29,267 bases of DNA from a virus. Taxonomy: Duplodnaviria; Caudoviricetes. Each line of letters opens with the position of its first letter. Within the stretch, counting starts at the first letter, position 1. Below the pieces are notes generated by a model that had not been told where the DNA came from, made no database searches, and worked only from the letters and a program-made list of their open reading frames with translations. Position numbers and translations under genes: made by a program. This document shows, piece by piece, positions 18,069 through 26,150 of the stretch. The stretch lies in the IMG/VR virus record IMGVR_UViG_3300005805_008062, positions 1 through 29,267 of that record; one strand, given 5' to 3'.

Positions 18069-18077
18069 AATGTCTCC

Positions 18078-18971
18078 TTATATGATATGTTTTGCGAATT
18101 TTATCGCGTTTTGTATTTGTTCTGTATTCATTTCGCCAGGATCTTTCAATCCTTTTGAAACTTCTGCTACGGAAATATTCTTTCCTAAGCATTGCTCTAT
18201 GATACCATCCCTCATGGCTTCTCCAGCCATATCATTGTCAGAAAAAATAATAATTTTGTCAAAATATTTCTTTAACAAAATTATCTGACTTTTAGGGATT
18301 GCGGCACCAAGACTTGCTACGACATTATTGAATCCTGCTTGGTGTACAAACATTGCATCAATACTGCCTTCAACTATTATAACATCACCGTGTGCTTTTG
18401 CGTTTTGCAAATTAAACAAATAATCAGCACGCCTAAACCCCTTGTTGTACAGATACCGAGGTTGCTGACTATCCAGCGTTGCTCTACCAATAAACCCAAC
18501 AAGCTCGTAAGATGCAGACCTAACTGGAATTACAACTCTATTTTTTTCTTTTGAATACCCTACTTCAAAATACTTTAATGTATCAAGAGATAACCCTCTC
18601 TCAATCAAAGTATCAAGAAGATATGCATCTTTATCATAATCTATAGCAATAGAATCAATATTTAATGAGTTATCAACTACATATTCATTTTTATATTTAT
18701 TTAATTCTTTGTCTAAATTATACGGATCTATGGAATAACTTTTACCAAAAGATTTTCCAGTTATTCCGTAATACAGTTGCCTAAAATTACCTTTCTTGGC
18801 ACAAGATGGATTAAAGCACTGCCATAGGCCAGTTTTAATATTGATATACATTGCAGCACTATTGCTATTTTTGTGAAATGGGCAAAAAACATTAATCTCT
18901 TCGCCAGTGTTTGAGCTTATGTATATATTGTGGTTAAGGAATAAATCCTTGATTTCTTTTTCAAGATTCAT
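18078..18971 (-). CDS. dnaG: DNA primase (CHC2 zinc finger plus TOPRIM)
   Basis: CPFH...WQCFNPSC, IIVEGSIDA, FSDNDMAG, KDPGE. Confidence 0.93.
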   Translation of the reverse strand: MNLEKEIKDLFLNHNIYISSNTGEEINVFCPFHKNSNSAAMYINIKTGLWQCFNPSCAKKGNFRQLYYGITGKSFGKSYSIDPYNLDKELNKYKNEYVVDNSLNIDSIAIDYDKDAYLLDTLIERGLSLDTLKYFEVGYSKEKNRVVIPVRSASYELVGFIGRATLDSQQPRYLYNKGFRRADYLFNLQNAKAHGDVIIVEGSIDAMFVHQAGFNNVVASLGAAIPKSQIILLKKYFDKIIIFSDNDMAGEAMRDGIIEQCLGKNISVAEVSKGLKDPGEMNTEQIQNAIKFAKHII

Positions 18972-19137
18972 AGAAAACTATAGAAAATGTATAATCCTGA
19001 GTATCTTTATTATAATCAGTAATTAATTTAGTTTTTCCAGTATAGCCGTATTTAGCCCTTGCTTCATCCTCAATCCATGGTCTTATCTTGTTTATTGTTT
19101 CAACATCAATAGCTTGACCAGTAATTTTATTATCCAT
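18961..19137 (-). CDS. Small hypothetical protein
   Basis: ATG 19137 (MDNKITG) overlaps the dnaB stop as TAATG; fills the gap up to primase. Confidence 0.6.
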   Translation of the reverse strand: MDNKITGQAIDVETINKIRPWIEDEARAKYGYTGKTKLITDYNKDTQDYTFSIVFYES

Positions 19138-20351
19138 TAGATATCCCACTCCTCTTGCCATTTTCCGGTTTCTAAATTCCATCTTAAGTAAAATCCAAAT
19201 TGCGTTGCTCTTCTAACTTTTCTTGACACCACCTGAAACAAATCTGAATTCGGCTCTCTATGGATCGCCAAAACCAAGTCTGCATCATAAGCTAATTGCT
19301 TACTCCAGGCAACTTCCTCAAGCTCTGGTGGGCGCTCTGAATGCCCCTCAGACATTGTTACCGCAGCAACATCAATAATTGGTATTGAGTTTCTTACGGC
19401 AATTCTTTTAAAAGCCTTAGACAAATTTTTAGCCTTCTCGGTTTCTGTTTTAGAACCAGAACTGTCGTCAAAAAGACCATGGTAATCAAGAATTACCATA
19501 TCTGGATGATACTGGTCAATCTTGGCTTGCACCATGTTCTGATCGGCTGTTTCAATTCCTTCAGAAGTAACTAAGTGTATTGATTGCTTTCCGTTAAATG
19601 TAGCATCAGCCCATTTTTCATAGGTGTCAACAATACCGGCATTTGCTTTTATTAAATCGGTGTTGGTAAAATAACCTTCGCCATTGTTAAGCAAAGTATC
19701 TAAGCGTTGGCCTTCCTGTTGCTTGTTCATCTCTAACGAAATAATCATTGGTCTGTACCCCGCTTTCCAGGCATTAACTGCAAACAATCTTGCAATAAAT
19801 GATTTACCAACCCCAGTCCAGCCCAAAAGGACAACAAAATCACCTGGTTGCCAACCACCAAAAACTTTGTCTATGACCTTAACGCCACTTGGTATGCCCT
19901 GAATCTCTTTGTGGTTCTTGGATCTCTCAACTAAATCGTCAAATCTTTCTCTCCAGTCACCAACCAAATCTGTATCTTTTAGGCTTGAAGCAAATTTGTA
20001 AACCTTTGATGTTTCTTCCATCAAATAAGAAAGAGCTTCTCTTGGTCCAAATTCAGTTATCAAACTATGCGCTTTAGAAACAATGCTCCTAGTCTGAAAA
20101 GATAGTGATTCTTTTTTGGCTTCATCTATGTAATATTCAACAGGCTCTGGAGTTGAGATAAATTCAAAATCCGGATAATGCTGCTTAATGGTTTCTTTAG
20201 ATGGTACTTTCTTATGTGTATCGTAGTGATTTACAACAAAATTCCAAATGTCCCTGTATTCTTTAAACACATTTTCAACACCGCCATTAACCGCTGACAC
20301 ATAATTATTTGTATCAACAATGCTGTTAATTAACCTAATTTCGTAATTCAC
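19137..20351 (-). CDS. dnaB: DnaB-like replicative helicase
   Basis: Walker A GWTGVGKS, SLEM, ILDY, YDADLVL. Confidence 0.93.
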   Translation of the reverse strand: MNYEIRLINSIVDTNNYVSAVNGGVENVFKEYRDIWNFVVNHYDTHKKVPSKETIKQHYPDFEFISTPEPVEYYIDEAKKESLSFQTRSIVSKAHSLITEFGPREALSYLMEETSKVYKFASSLKDTDLVGDWRERFDDLVERSKNHKEIQGIPSGVKVIDKVFGGWQPGDFVVLLGWTGVGKSFIARLFAVNAWKAGYRPMIISLEMNKQQEGQRLDTLLNNGEGYFTNTDLIKANAGIVDTYEKWADATFNGKQSIHLVTSEGIETADQNMVQAKIDQYHPDMVILDYHGLFDDSSGSKTETEKAKNLSKAFKRIAVRNSIPIIDVAAVTMSEGHSERPPELEEVAWSKQLAYDADLVLAIHREPNSDLFQVVSRKVRRATQFGFYLRWNLETGKWQEEWDI

Positions 20352-20659
20352 TCTTGCTCCATTCGCAATTTTGTTTGTTTAACTACATCTTTAAATTTTT
20401 CACTTGATTTGCTGTCAAACTGGATTCTATCAACATAAGTTTTAGATTGAACAGCAAAATCAAATACCAAAAAAGGTCCACTGTTTGATTTAATAAAAGA
20501 ATCGCAAGCTTTTAACAAATTTTCATTATTATAAAATTTTGCTAGAGCATCTGCTACAGCTTCCTGACGAGGGGAATCTGGAACAAATAACTTATTTTGC
20601 TTCTCGCAACACTCTCTGAAGTGTTTTATTAGATCTTGACCAGTTAGATTCATCTTCAC
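20348..20659 (-). CDS. Hypothetical protein upstream of the helicase
   Basis: 103-aa ORF whose stop overlaps the helicase start (GTGA). Confidence 0.65.
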   Translation of the reverse strand: MKMNLTGQDLIKHFRECCEKQNKLFVPDSPRQEAVADALAKFYNNENLLKACDSFIKSNSGPFLVFDFAVQSKTYVDRIQFDSKSSEKFKDVVKQTKLRMEQE

Positions 20660-20882
20660 TACCTGCTTCTTTCCAAGTTATAAGTTTATAATCGTATTCG
20701 GAGATACCGGCATTAACTCCATAAAACCCATCAGACAAAGCGCTAGTGATACATTCAAGCCTTACTGTGCATTTTTTACACACAGATTTAGCATATTGAA
20801 TATCATCAATATTATATGAAAACCATTTTTCGCTATTTTTATCGTTTGAGCAGAGAGCCTTGTCTCTCCAGTTTTTTTTCAT
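20592..20882 (-). CDS. whiB: WhiB-family transcriptional regulator
   Basis: W...ALC, AKSVCKKCTVRLEC..AL (four Cys) and GVNAG at the G[IV]WGG turn. Confidence 0.85.
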   Translation of the reverse strand: MKKNWRDKALCSNDKNSEKWFSYNIDDIQYAKSVCKKCTVRLECITSALSDGFYGVNAGISEYDYKLITWKEAGSEDESNWSRSNKTLQRVLREAK

Positions 20883-21091
20883 TATTGCTTTTCAGCATCA
20901 AGTTCTTGCAATTTTGCTTCAATTTGAGCATCAATAGATTGCCATAACTTCTTCCATGCATCTTCGTCTTCAATTGCTAAGCAAGTAATTTTTGCTCCAG
21001 CATCAAGACGCAGCGATTCGTAATTACCTAAATTTTTGGTAATACCGATTGAAGCCCATACTTCAACGCTATTTTCATTTGATTTAACCAT
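20882..21091 (-). CDS. Conserved small phage protein
   Basis: V..SIG.TKNLGNYESLRLD motif, recalled from actinophage hypotheticals; SD GAGGAG; TAATG coupling to whiB. Confidence 0.7.
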   Translation of the reverse strand: MVKSNENSVEVWASIGITKNLGNYESLRLDAGAKITCLAIEDEDAWKKLWQSIDAQIEAKLQELDAEKQ

Positions 21092-21092
21092 A

Positions 21093-21524
21093 TTATTTTC
21101 TCCTCATCTTAACTTGTTGTTCAATGGATATTATTCTTTGCTTTATTGTTTTATTATTCACAGGCCTTCCTGGAGAACGCCTAGAGAAAAAGGATACCAT
21201 GTCGTGAACATCCTGTGTATCATAATATCTCCAATTTTTATAACTTACACAAATATCGCCAAATTTTTTGCTCTGTGGAATTAAATTTTTCTTTTCATAT
21301 TTCCGAATAGTATCAGGTCTTTTATTCACAATCTTAGATACTTCGCCAATAGTATATATCCTGTGCAACACTAGATCGGATTGTTCTAACGGCATATTTA
21401 TTTGTTCAGAATTTGATAATTTAATCATTAAAATTTTATTTTGAGATTTAACAATTTTTGAAATTTTAACAATGTCGTTGCCAAATCTATAAAATTTATT
21501 AACAATTATTTTATTTGTAATCAT
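21093..21524 (-). CDS. MerR-like HTH DNA-binding protein
   Basis: YTIGEVSKIVNKRPDTIRKYEKKNLIP...WRYYDTQDV. Confidence 0.85.
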   Translation of the reverse strand: MITNKIIVNKFYRFGNDIVKISKIVKSQNKILMIKLSNSEQINMPLEQSDLVLHRIYTIGEVSKIVNKRPDTIRKYEKKNLIPQSKKFGDICVSYKNWRYYDTQDVHDMVSFFSRRSPGRPVNNKTIKQRIISIEQQVKMRRK

Positions 21525-21530
21525 ATGTTT

Positions 21531-21761
21531 TTATTTTTTCTGTTTAGAATAATTTTGAGAAGGGATTGATCCATTAACTTCTTTAAAGCCAAGAGCTTTT
21601 AATATTCTATTAATTTTCTTCAATTCTACATCGGAGCTGTGAGAGCACCTAACGCATGTTATATCAACCCAATATCTTTGCATAGCATAATACGGATCTC
21701 CAACATATTTCATTCCACCACATTTTGCACACCGAAAATTATTTAAAATTCTAATTTTCAT
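21531..21761 (-). CDS. Zinc-ribbon protein
   Basis: CAKCGG...CVRC; ATGA overlap with the upstream gene. Confidence 0.7.
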   Translation of the reverse strand: MKIRILNNFRCAKCGGMKYVGDPYYAMQRYWVDITCVRCSHSSDVELKKINRILKALGFKEVNGSIPSQNYSKQKK

Positions 21762-22828
21762 TTTGCAAAATACTCCTTGTCTTTATAAATAGCCCATCCA
21801 TTGTATATTGGCGTGACTTCATAAAAGAATTTATGTTGCCCTGTTGTTTCGTATGTAACGATACCAACACCTTGTTGCCAATTTTCGTATCTAACAAGTG
21901 GTCTACCATCAAGGTCAACACCACCTTTGGTTGAAGGAACTGCGCCATCAATTCTTGCTAGGCATCCAGGAGATGCTGCCATGGTGGTACGAGAGCCATC
22001 AAAATCTTCACGAGTTTTGAATGCTGTTTCAATGCGATGAATGTGTCCATAAATCACACTTGTCTTTTCGCTGTTCAAATAAACATGGGCTGTTGAGCCA
22101 GAAGACTTAACCCTGTCTCCGTGAATAATTCTTAACTTTTCGTTAATCCAAAAATCAGAAGCCGGATATCCTGGTCTGTATTCAACCCCGAAATCATCCA
22201 TACGAACAAGATACGGAACAGTCAATACCGGCCAAGAGTCTGGCGTATTGCCTTTACGGATTCCATATGCTGAAACAGCATTAATTAATAAATACTTCGG
22301 CATTCTTTCTTCATGATTACCGGCAAGCCAAACTATTTTGGCTGTTGGGGCAGCTTCTCTAAGTTGGGCACAAAATGTTGTTGCCCGATCAATTGAAGCC
22401 TGCATAGTTTGTTGATATGCAGGTGTTGTAATGTATTTCCCTAAAGTTGGAAAATCCAAATTATCGCCAACGCAAACTACAGAATCTGGCTTTACATCAC
22501 GAACAATTGAAAGCATAATCTCAATTGCTTTCTCGTCATGAGTTGGTTCTAACTTGCCATCACGACCTCTGTAGTAACCAATTTGTGCATCAGGGACAAC
22601 AACGCATTTTTTATATTTTGAAGTTTTCTTTGTAGCAATTCTTGGCTTCGGCAATCTTACAGCAGGACCTTGCTTAATCACAGGCCATTGCGGGCCACGA
22701 GACTCTCTTCTAACCCTACATATACCGTCTTTATCAAGTGTCTTGCGACAACTATTATCCGCATATCTTTGATTTGCCGTTTTAGGCTCAAACTGATATG
22801 TGCAATCAGTACCTTCACATTGTTTCAT
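21758..22828 (-). CDS. Calcineurin-like metallophosphoesterase (Mre11-like)
   Basis: VPDAQ, GDNLD, GNHE, IHG and GHIH motifs; SD AAGGAG. Confidence 0.88.
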   Translation of the reverse strand: MKQCEGTDCTYQFEPKTANQRYADNSCRKTLDKDGICRVRRESRGPQWPVIKQGPAVRLPKPRIATKKTSKYKKCVVVPDAQIGYYRGRDGKLEPTHDEKAIEIMLSIVRDVKPDSVVCVGDNLDFPTLGKYITTPAYQQTMQASIDRATTFCAQLREAAPTAKIVWLAGNHEERMPKYLLINAVSAYGIRKGNTPDSWPVLTVPYLVRMDDFGVEYRPGYPASDFWINEKLRIIHGDRVKSSGSTAHVYLNSEKTSVIYGHIHRIETAFKTREDFDGSRTTMAASPGCLARIDGAVPSTKGGVDLDGRPLVRYENWQQGVGIVTYETTGQHKFFYEVTPIYNGWAIYKDKEYFAK

Positions 22829-22865
22829 ATATCTCCTTAAGTATAGGAATTCTATAGTACATTAT
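22829..22865 (-). promoter_or_regulatory. Putative -10 box and SD heading the replication operon
   Basis: Minus strand ..ATG-TACTAT-AGAATTCCTATACTT-AAGGAG-ATAT-ATG. Confidence 0.35.
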
Positions 22866-22867
22866 CT

Positions 22868-23308
22868 CTAGACCAAATCCTCTTTATTTTGAAAATTTTT
22901 ATTTTTTTCTTTCAAATTATCCCTTATTTCTTTATTGCGTTTCTTCATAGTTTGTCGCATTTTCTCCCTATGCTCAGCAGTTGGTTTTCTGCCTTCTCTA
23001 TGGAGTGCGCTATGCTCGGAATGAGTGCACAAAAAAAGGTTATTTAAGCGATTGTCGCTTTTAATTTCATTTATATGGTGCACTGTCTCCCATGGCTGGA
23101 CATGCCTGCCAAGGTATTTTTCAAGAACTGCTCGGTGTTCATAAACATATCCCTTGATATTAAATGGGTGATCTTGATCTAAAATACGAACATATCCTTT
23201 GTCATCAACATATTTACCGCCCCCGTAATTTGGATTATTTTCTCCAGAAATAGATCTTAATGCCCAATTAACATCTTCCCTTTTAGATGCTAAAACTCTT
23301 TTTGTCAT
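22868..23308 (-). CDS. Free-standing HNH endonuclease
   Basis: YVYEHRAV, VHHINEIKSDNRLNNL, EHSALH; NUMOD-like GENNPNY and EHREKM segments. Confidence 0.88.
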   Translation of the reverse strand: MTKRVLASKREDVNWALRSISGENNPNYGGGKYVDDKGYVRILDQDHPFNIKGYVYEHRAVLEKYLGRHVQPWETVHHINEIKSDNRLNNLFLCTHSEHSALHREGRKPTAEHREKMRQTMKKRNKEIRDNLKEKNKNFQNKEDLV

Positions 23309-23967
23309 TACGAGCCAGAGCCAATGTCCTCAACATATAATTGCAACTTCTTCGCAGAAGTTGCGCCAACACTAATTTGTGGTGCATTTGTTGCTCCAGA
23401 AACAAAAGTTCTTTTAACAACAACAGAAAAAGATTGCTGAGAAAGCCCGCCACCGCTTTGAGCAACAGCAGAATAAACACCAGCGCCAACAGTTGTTGGC
23501 TGGCTCTTGTAACTTTGTTGGTTAGCTGTAATGTTTGCATTACTGGTAACATCATAAAATATATGTGGAGGCGGAGTCATATCCCATTGCATTATTGGAC
23601 TTGCTGCATCAAAACCAGATGCTACTTGAAATAATTTCAAACTCAATATTGAATCCTCAGCGCCCTTGGCTGCGATTTCAAACCCAGGAAATACGCATGT
23701 AACACGAAAATACCTATCTGCTGGAATTGTAATTCTTTGATCGGCTCCACCACCAGGATTTGTCAACTGAATAACCAATGAGTTTGTTGCAACAACATTG
23801 GCGACAATAGGTGCAGTTGTTGACTGAATTAGCTGAAGAATTCCACTTGGCTTCCTGTCATTAGCATCCCTGATTTGTTCCATATTCATTGACATTTGGG
23901 CGAGTCTTTCGCCGGTTATTGGGGTGCCATCAGACCAGGACACAAAGGAGTAATTTTCGTAAGCCAT
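23308..23967 (-). CDS. Probable minor tail / virion protein
   Basis: N-terminal W.DGTPIT.ERL..M, a beta-rich body and C-terminal L.VEDIG, as in phage tail-tip proteins. Confidence 0.6.
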   Translation of the reverse strand: MAYENYSFVSWSDGTPITGERLAQMSMNMEQIRDANDRKPSGILQLIQSTTAPIVANVVATNSLVIQLTNPGGGADQRITIPADRYFRVTCVFPGFEIAAKGAEDSILSLKLFQVASGFDAASPIMQWDMTPPPHIFYDVTSNANITANQQSYKSQPTTVGAGVYSAVAQSGGGLSQQSFSVVVKRTFVSGATNAPQISVGATSAKKLQLYVEDIGSGS

Positions 23968-23982
23968 TTAACTATTATACCT
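23967..23982 (-). promoter_or_regulatory. Consensus -10 box for a leaderless transcript
   Basis: TATAAT(23979-23974)-AGTTAA-ATG(23967). Confidence 0.6.
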
Positions 23983-23985
23983 CAT

Positions 23986-24582
23986 TTAGACATATCTATA
24001 CCAATTAACAGCCGCATACCTAGCTCCTTTGGTAATTTTTTTAACACGGTGCATATAGGGGAAAGCTGAGCAAAATACAACGCAGTCCCCAGGCTCTGGG
24101 GAGTATTCAATGTTAAAGTGCTTAAAACCTAACTCTCCTCCTTCATAATCGCTATTGAAATACATTACGGCAGAAACAGTTCTAGGAATTGATGGGCAGT
24201 CATCATTATGATAGTTGAAAAATTCTCCTTCAGCGTACCGCATCATAATAAGATCGTGGTTGGGAATTACGTTATGGTATTGATATTTTTGGCAAAATTG
24301 ATTGACAATATCAGTCATTTCTTGCTGCACTTCGCCCATTAATATTCTTAATGGATCTGATTCATGGCATTGTCTTAGTTCACTTGTAGAAAAAATTTTA
24401 CAATTTCTTACATGTTCATCAATTTTTGAATAATATTCACCATTTTCATTTTTTTTAATCACAGACCCCATTGTTAAAAATGGGTCAGAATAAGTTTTAA
24501 GTATATTATAGTAATATACAGTTTTATCAATTCCAACGGAATAAACATCTATACCCGGAGCTAATGATTTTTTAATCACCAT
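23986..24582 (-). CDS. 2OG-Fe(II) oxygenase, prolyl-4-hydroxylase-like
   Basis: RY..GEFF.YHND (HxD), SAVMYFN.DYEGGEL, GD.VVF, H.V..ITKG.RY. Confidence 0.9.
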   Translation of the reverse strand: MVIKKSLAPGIDVYSVGIDKTVYYYNILKTYSDPFLTMGSVIKKNENGEYYSKIDEHVRNCKIFSTSELRQCHESDPLRILMGEVQQEMTDIVNQFCQKYQYHNVIPNHDLIMMRYAEGEFFNYHNDDCPSIPRTVSAVMYFNSDYEGGELGFKHFNIEYSPEPGDCVVFCSAFPYMHRVKKITKGARYAAVNWYRYV

Positions 24583-24803
24583 TTTTCTAAAGGGCAGGAT
24601 GCGTTATTTAATTTAGTTTTCATTGTCATAATACAACCACACTGTTTACATTGTTTTGTCAAATCAATTAATTCGGGGCAAGATTTGCATATTTCGTATC
24701 TTGAAGAAGAAGTCTCGTCATCTACATAATTATTAGAATTTAATAAATGCCAAGGCCTAGAATCGCCTATTTTTTTCTTATACTCTTGCCATGCACTTAG
24801 CAT
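24576..24803 (-). CDS. Small Cys-rich metal-binding protein (DUF6171-like)
   Basis: R..ICKSCP...QCKQCGC.M..K..L...CP..KW. Confidence 0.7.
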   Translation of the reverse strand: MLSAWQEYKKKIGDSRPWHLLNSNNYVDDETSSSRYEICKSCPELIDLTKQCKQCGCIMTMKTKLNNASCPLEKW

Positions 24804-25000
24804 TATGGAGCAATAAAATTAGTGCCATCCCAGGTCCAACCTGGAACAACATTTGGCTGATCAGTAACTTCAATTACAATAGGGTTGCTTGATAAGCCAG
24901 CAGCCCATGCTGCAGACTGCGGACCACTAATTGAATCATCAAATTGAATTTGCATAAAGACATCGCCTTCTGTAACGCAAACAAATCTTCTAATAGACAT
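24803..25000 (-). CDS. Small tail-fibre-associated protein
   Basis: C-terminal PGWTWDGTNFIAP motif typical of small tail-fibre accessory proteins; SD AAGGAG. Confidence 0.6.
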   Translation of the reverse strand: MSIRRFVCVTEGDVFMQIQFDDSISGPQSAAWAAGLSSNPIVIEVTDQPNVVPGWTWDGTNFIAP

Positions 25001-25028
25001 TTTATTTCTCCTTTAACACAGTATACCA
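25001..25028 (-). promoter_or_regulatory. Extended -10 promoter and SD for the three accessory genes
   Basis: TG-G-TATACT (25028-25020), then AAAGGAGA and ATG 25000. Confidence 0.55.
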
Positions 25029-26150
25029 TTAACCAATGCAATAGCTATTATCAATACAGAAAAACCCATCTGGGCATGGGGGGACACAGCCTGATGGCGG
25101 TGATACTGGTGGTGGGGCTACAACATCAACGCCTGGACTCACCACTGGACTCACTACCGGACTGACCGGATCAGGTGGTGAACCTACTGGACTGACCGGA
25201 TCAGGTGGTGAACCTACGGCTGGCGGAGAAGCTCCGCACTTCTGTATACAATATGGTTGACCATTTATATACGCCCATAATTGATCAGCCCCAGCATCGT
25301 AGTAAAATTCAAATGTTTGATTACCATAATTTTCATAAATAACACCAGAGTCTGTATAAACAGTACTTGACGCAATACCGCTGTTTCCTTGATAGACAGA
25401 TGAAAGATTTACCACTCCTTCTGTAACAACCGCTCTTGGGAAAAGACCACCAGCAGCTGCGCCATCAACTTTCATACCAGCAAAATTAGAACCAAGAAAT
25501 TTTCCAAGTATCATATCACCAGAAAAATTACCGCCAGTAATAAGGCTATCTCCAGAAATTTCCCATCCAGCAATTTGGCCAGCGGTAGCAGTCACCGTTC
25601 CGGTTAATTCCAGATTGGTTCCATTATAAAACATATAGTTATTAGCAGCACCAACAGAAAATGTTCCATTTGAGTTCCAATAATTTAAGGCATTGATATA
25701 TATAGAATCAGCTACAATTTGACCTCTGATTACAGCAATATCAAATTCGGCAAAGCCATTACCATAAATAGCCCACCCAGAAGTATTGGCGACATAATTG
25801 TTACTTCTTATTATGTTATTAACTAAAACAATGTTAGCTGCTAATTGGTCTGCTGTTATGGTATTTGAGACAATACTGATCGCATGCAAACTATTTGGAG
25901 CCAAGCGAATTCCGGTAGGTCCAAGAACAGTTTCAGTAACAACATTTGCGATTACATTTTTTAAAGCATCAAAATTTGCTTCTTGGCGAGACAGCCTAGA
26001 GCCAGCACCAACATAACCCACTGTCCAGTCATAAAGGGAGTATTCATCAGTGTCTATAAGAGAAGAAGATATGCCGTCATGATTATGACCACCGTTGTAA
26101 AATACAATTGAGCTTTCAGATACCCCGCTAGAACCACTCACTCTTGCCAT
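25029..26150 (-). CDS. Tail fibre / minor tail protein with a Ser-Pro- and Cys-rich C-terminus
   Basis: ITADQLAA, I.S.NYV...SGWAI..NG.AEF and G.IAGW.I tail-fibre motifs; Pro-rich tail; TAATG coupling to the upstream tail gene. Confidence 0.75.
   Translation of the reverse strand: MARVSGSSGVSESSIVFYNGGHNHDGISSSLIDTDEYSLYDWTVGYVGAGSRLSRQEANFDALKNVIANVVTETVLGPTGIRLAPNSLHAISIVSNTITADQLAANIVLVNNIIRSNNYVANTSGWAIYGNGFAEFDIAVIRGQIVADSIYINALNYWNSNGTFSVGAANNYMFYNGTNLELTGTVTATAGQIAGWEISGDSLITGGNFSGDMILGKFLGSNFAGMKVDGAAAGGLFPRAVVTEGVVNLSSVYQGNSGIASSTVYTDSGVIYENYGNQTFEFYYDAGADQLWAYINGQPYCIQKCGASPPAVGSPPDPVSPVGSPPDPVSPVVSPVVSPGVDVVAPPPVSPPSGCVPPCPDGFFCIDNSYCIG
25159..25217. repeat. Tandem duplication with 30-bp period (VGSPPDPVSP x2)
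   Basis: GGACTGACCGGATCAGGTGGTGAACCTAC occurs identically at 25159-25187 and 25189-25217. Confidence 0.95.

Noticed and set aside
1358-20351. Inteins or introns in terL, recA, dnaE and dnaB
   Set aside because: Lengths are normal, motifs are contiguous, and no splice-junction or LAGLIDADG signatures are visible.
23986-24582. TET/JBP-type 5mC dioxygenase acting with the C5-MTase
   Set aside because: The motifs (YxN.DYEGGEL, HxV..ITKG.RY) are prolyl-4-hydroxylase type and the gene lies in the tail module.
25029-25260. Diversity-generating retroelement target in the tail fibre C-terminus
   Set aside because: There is no reverse transcriptase or template copy in the window, and the repeat is an exact tandem duplication without adenine-specific mismatches.
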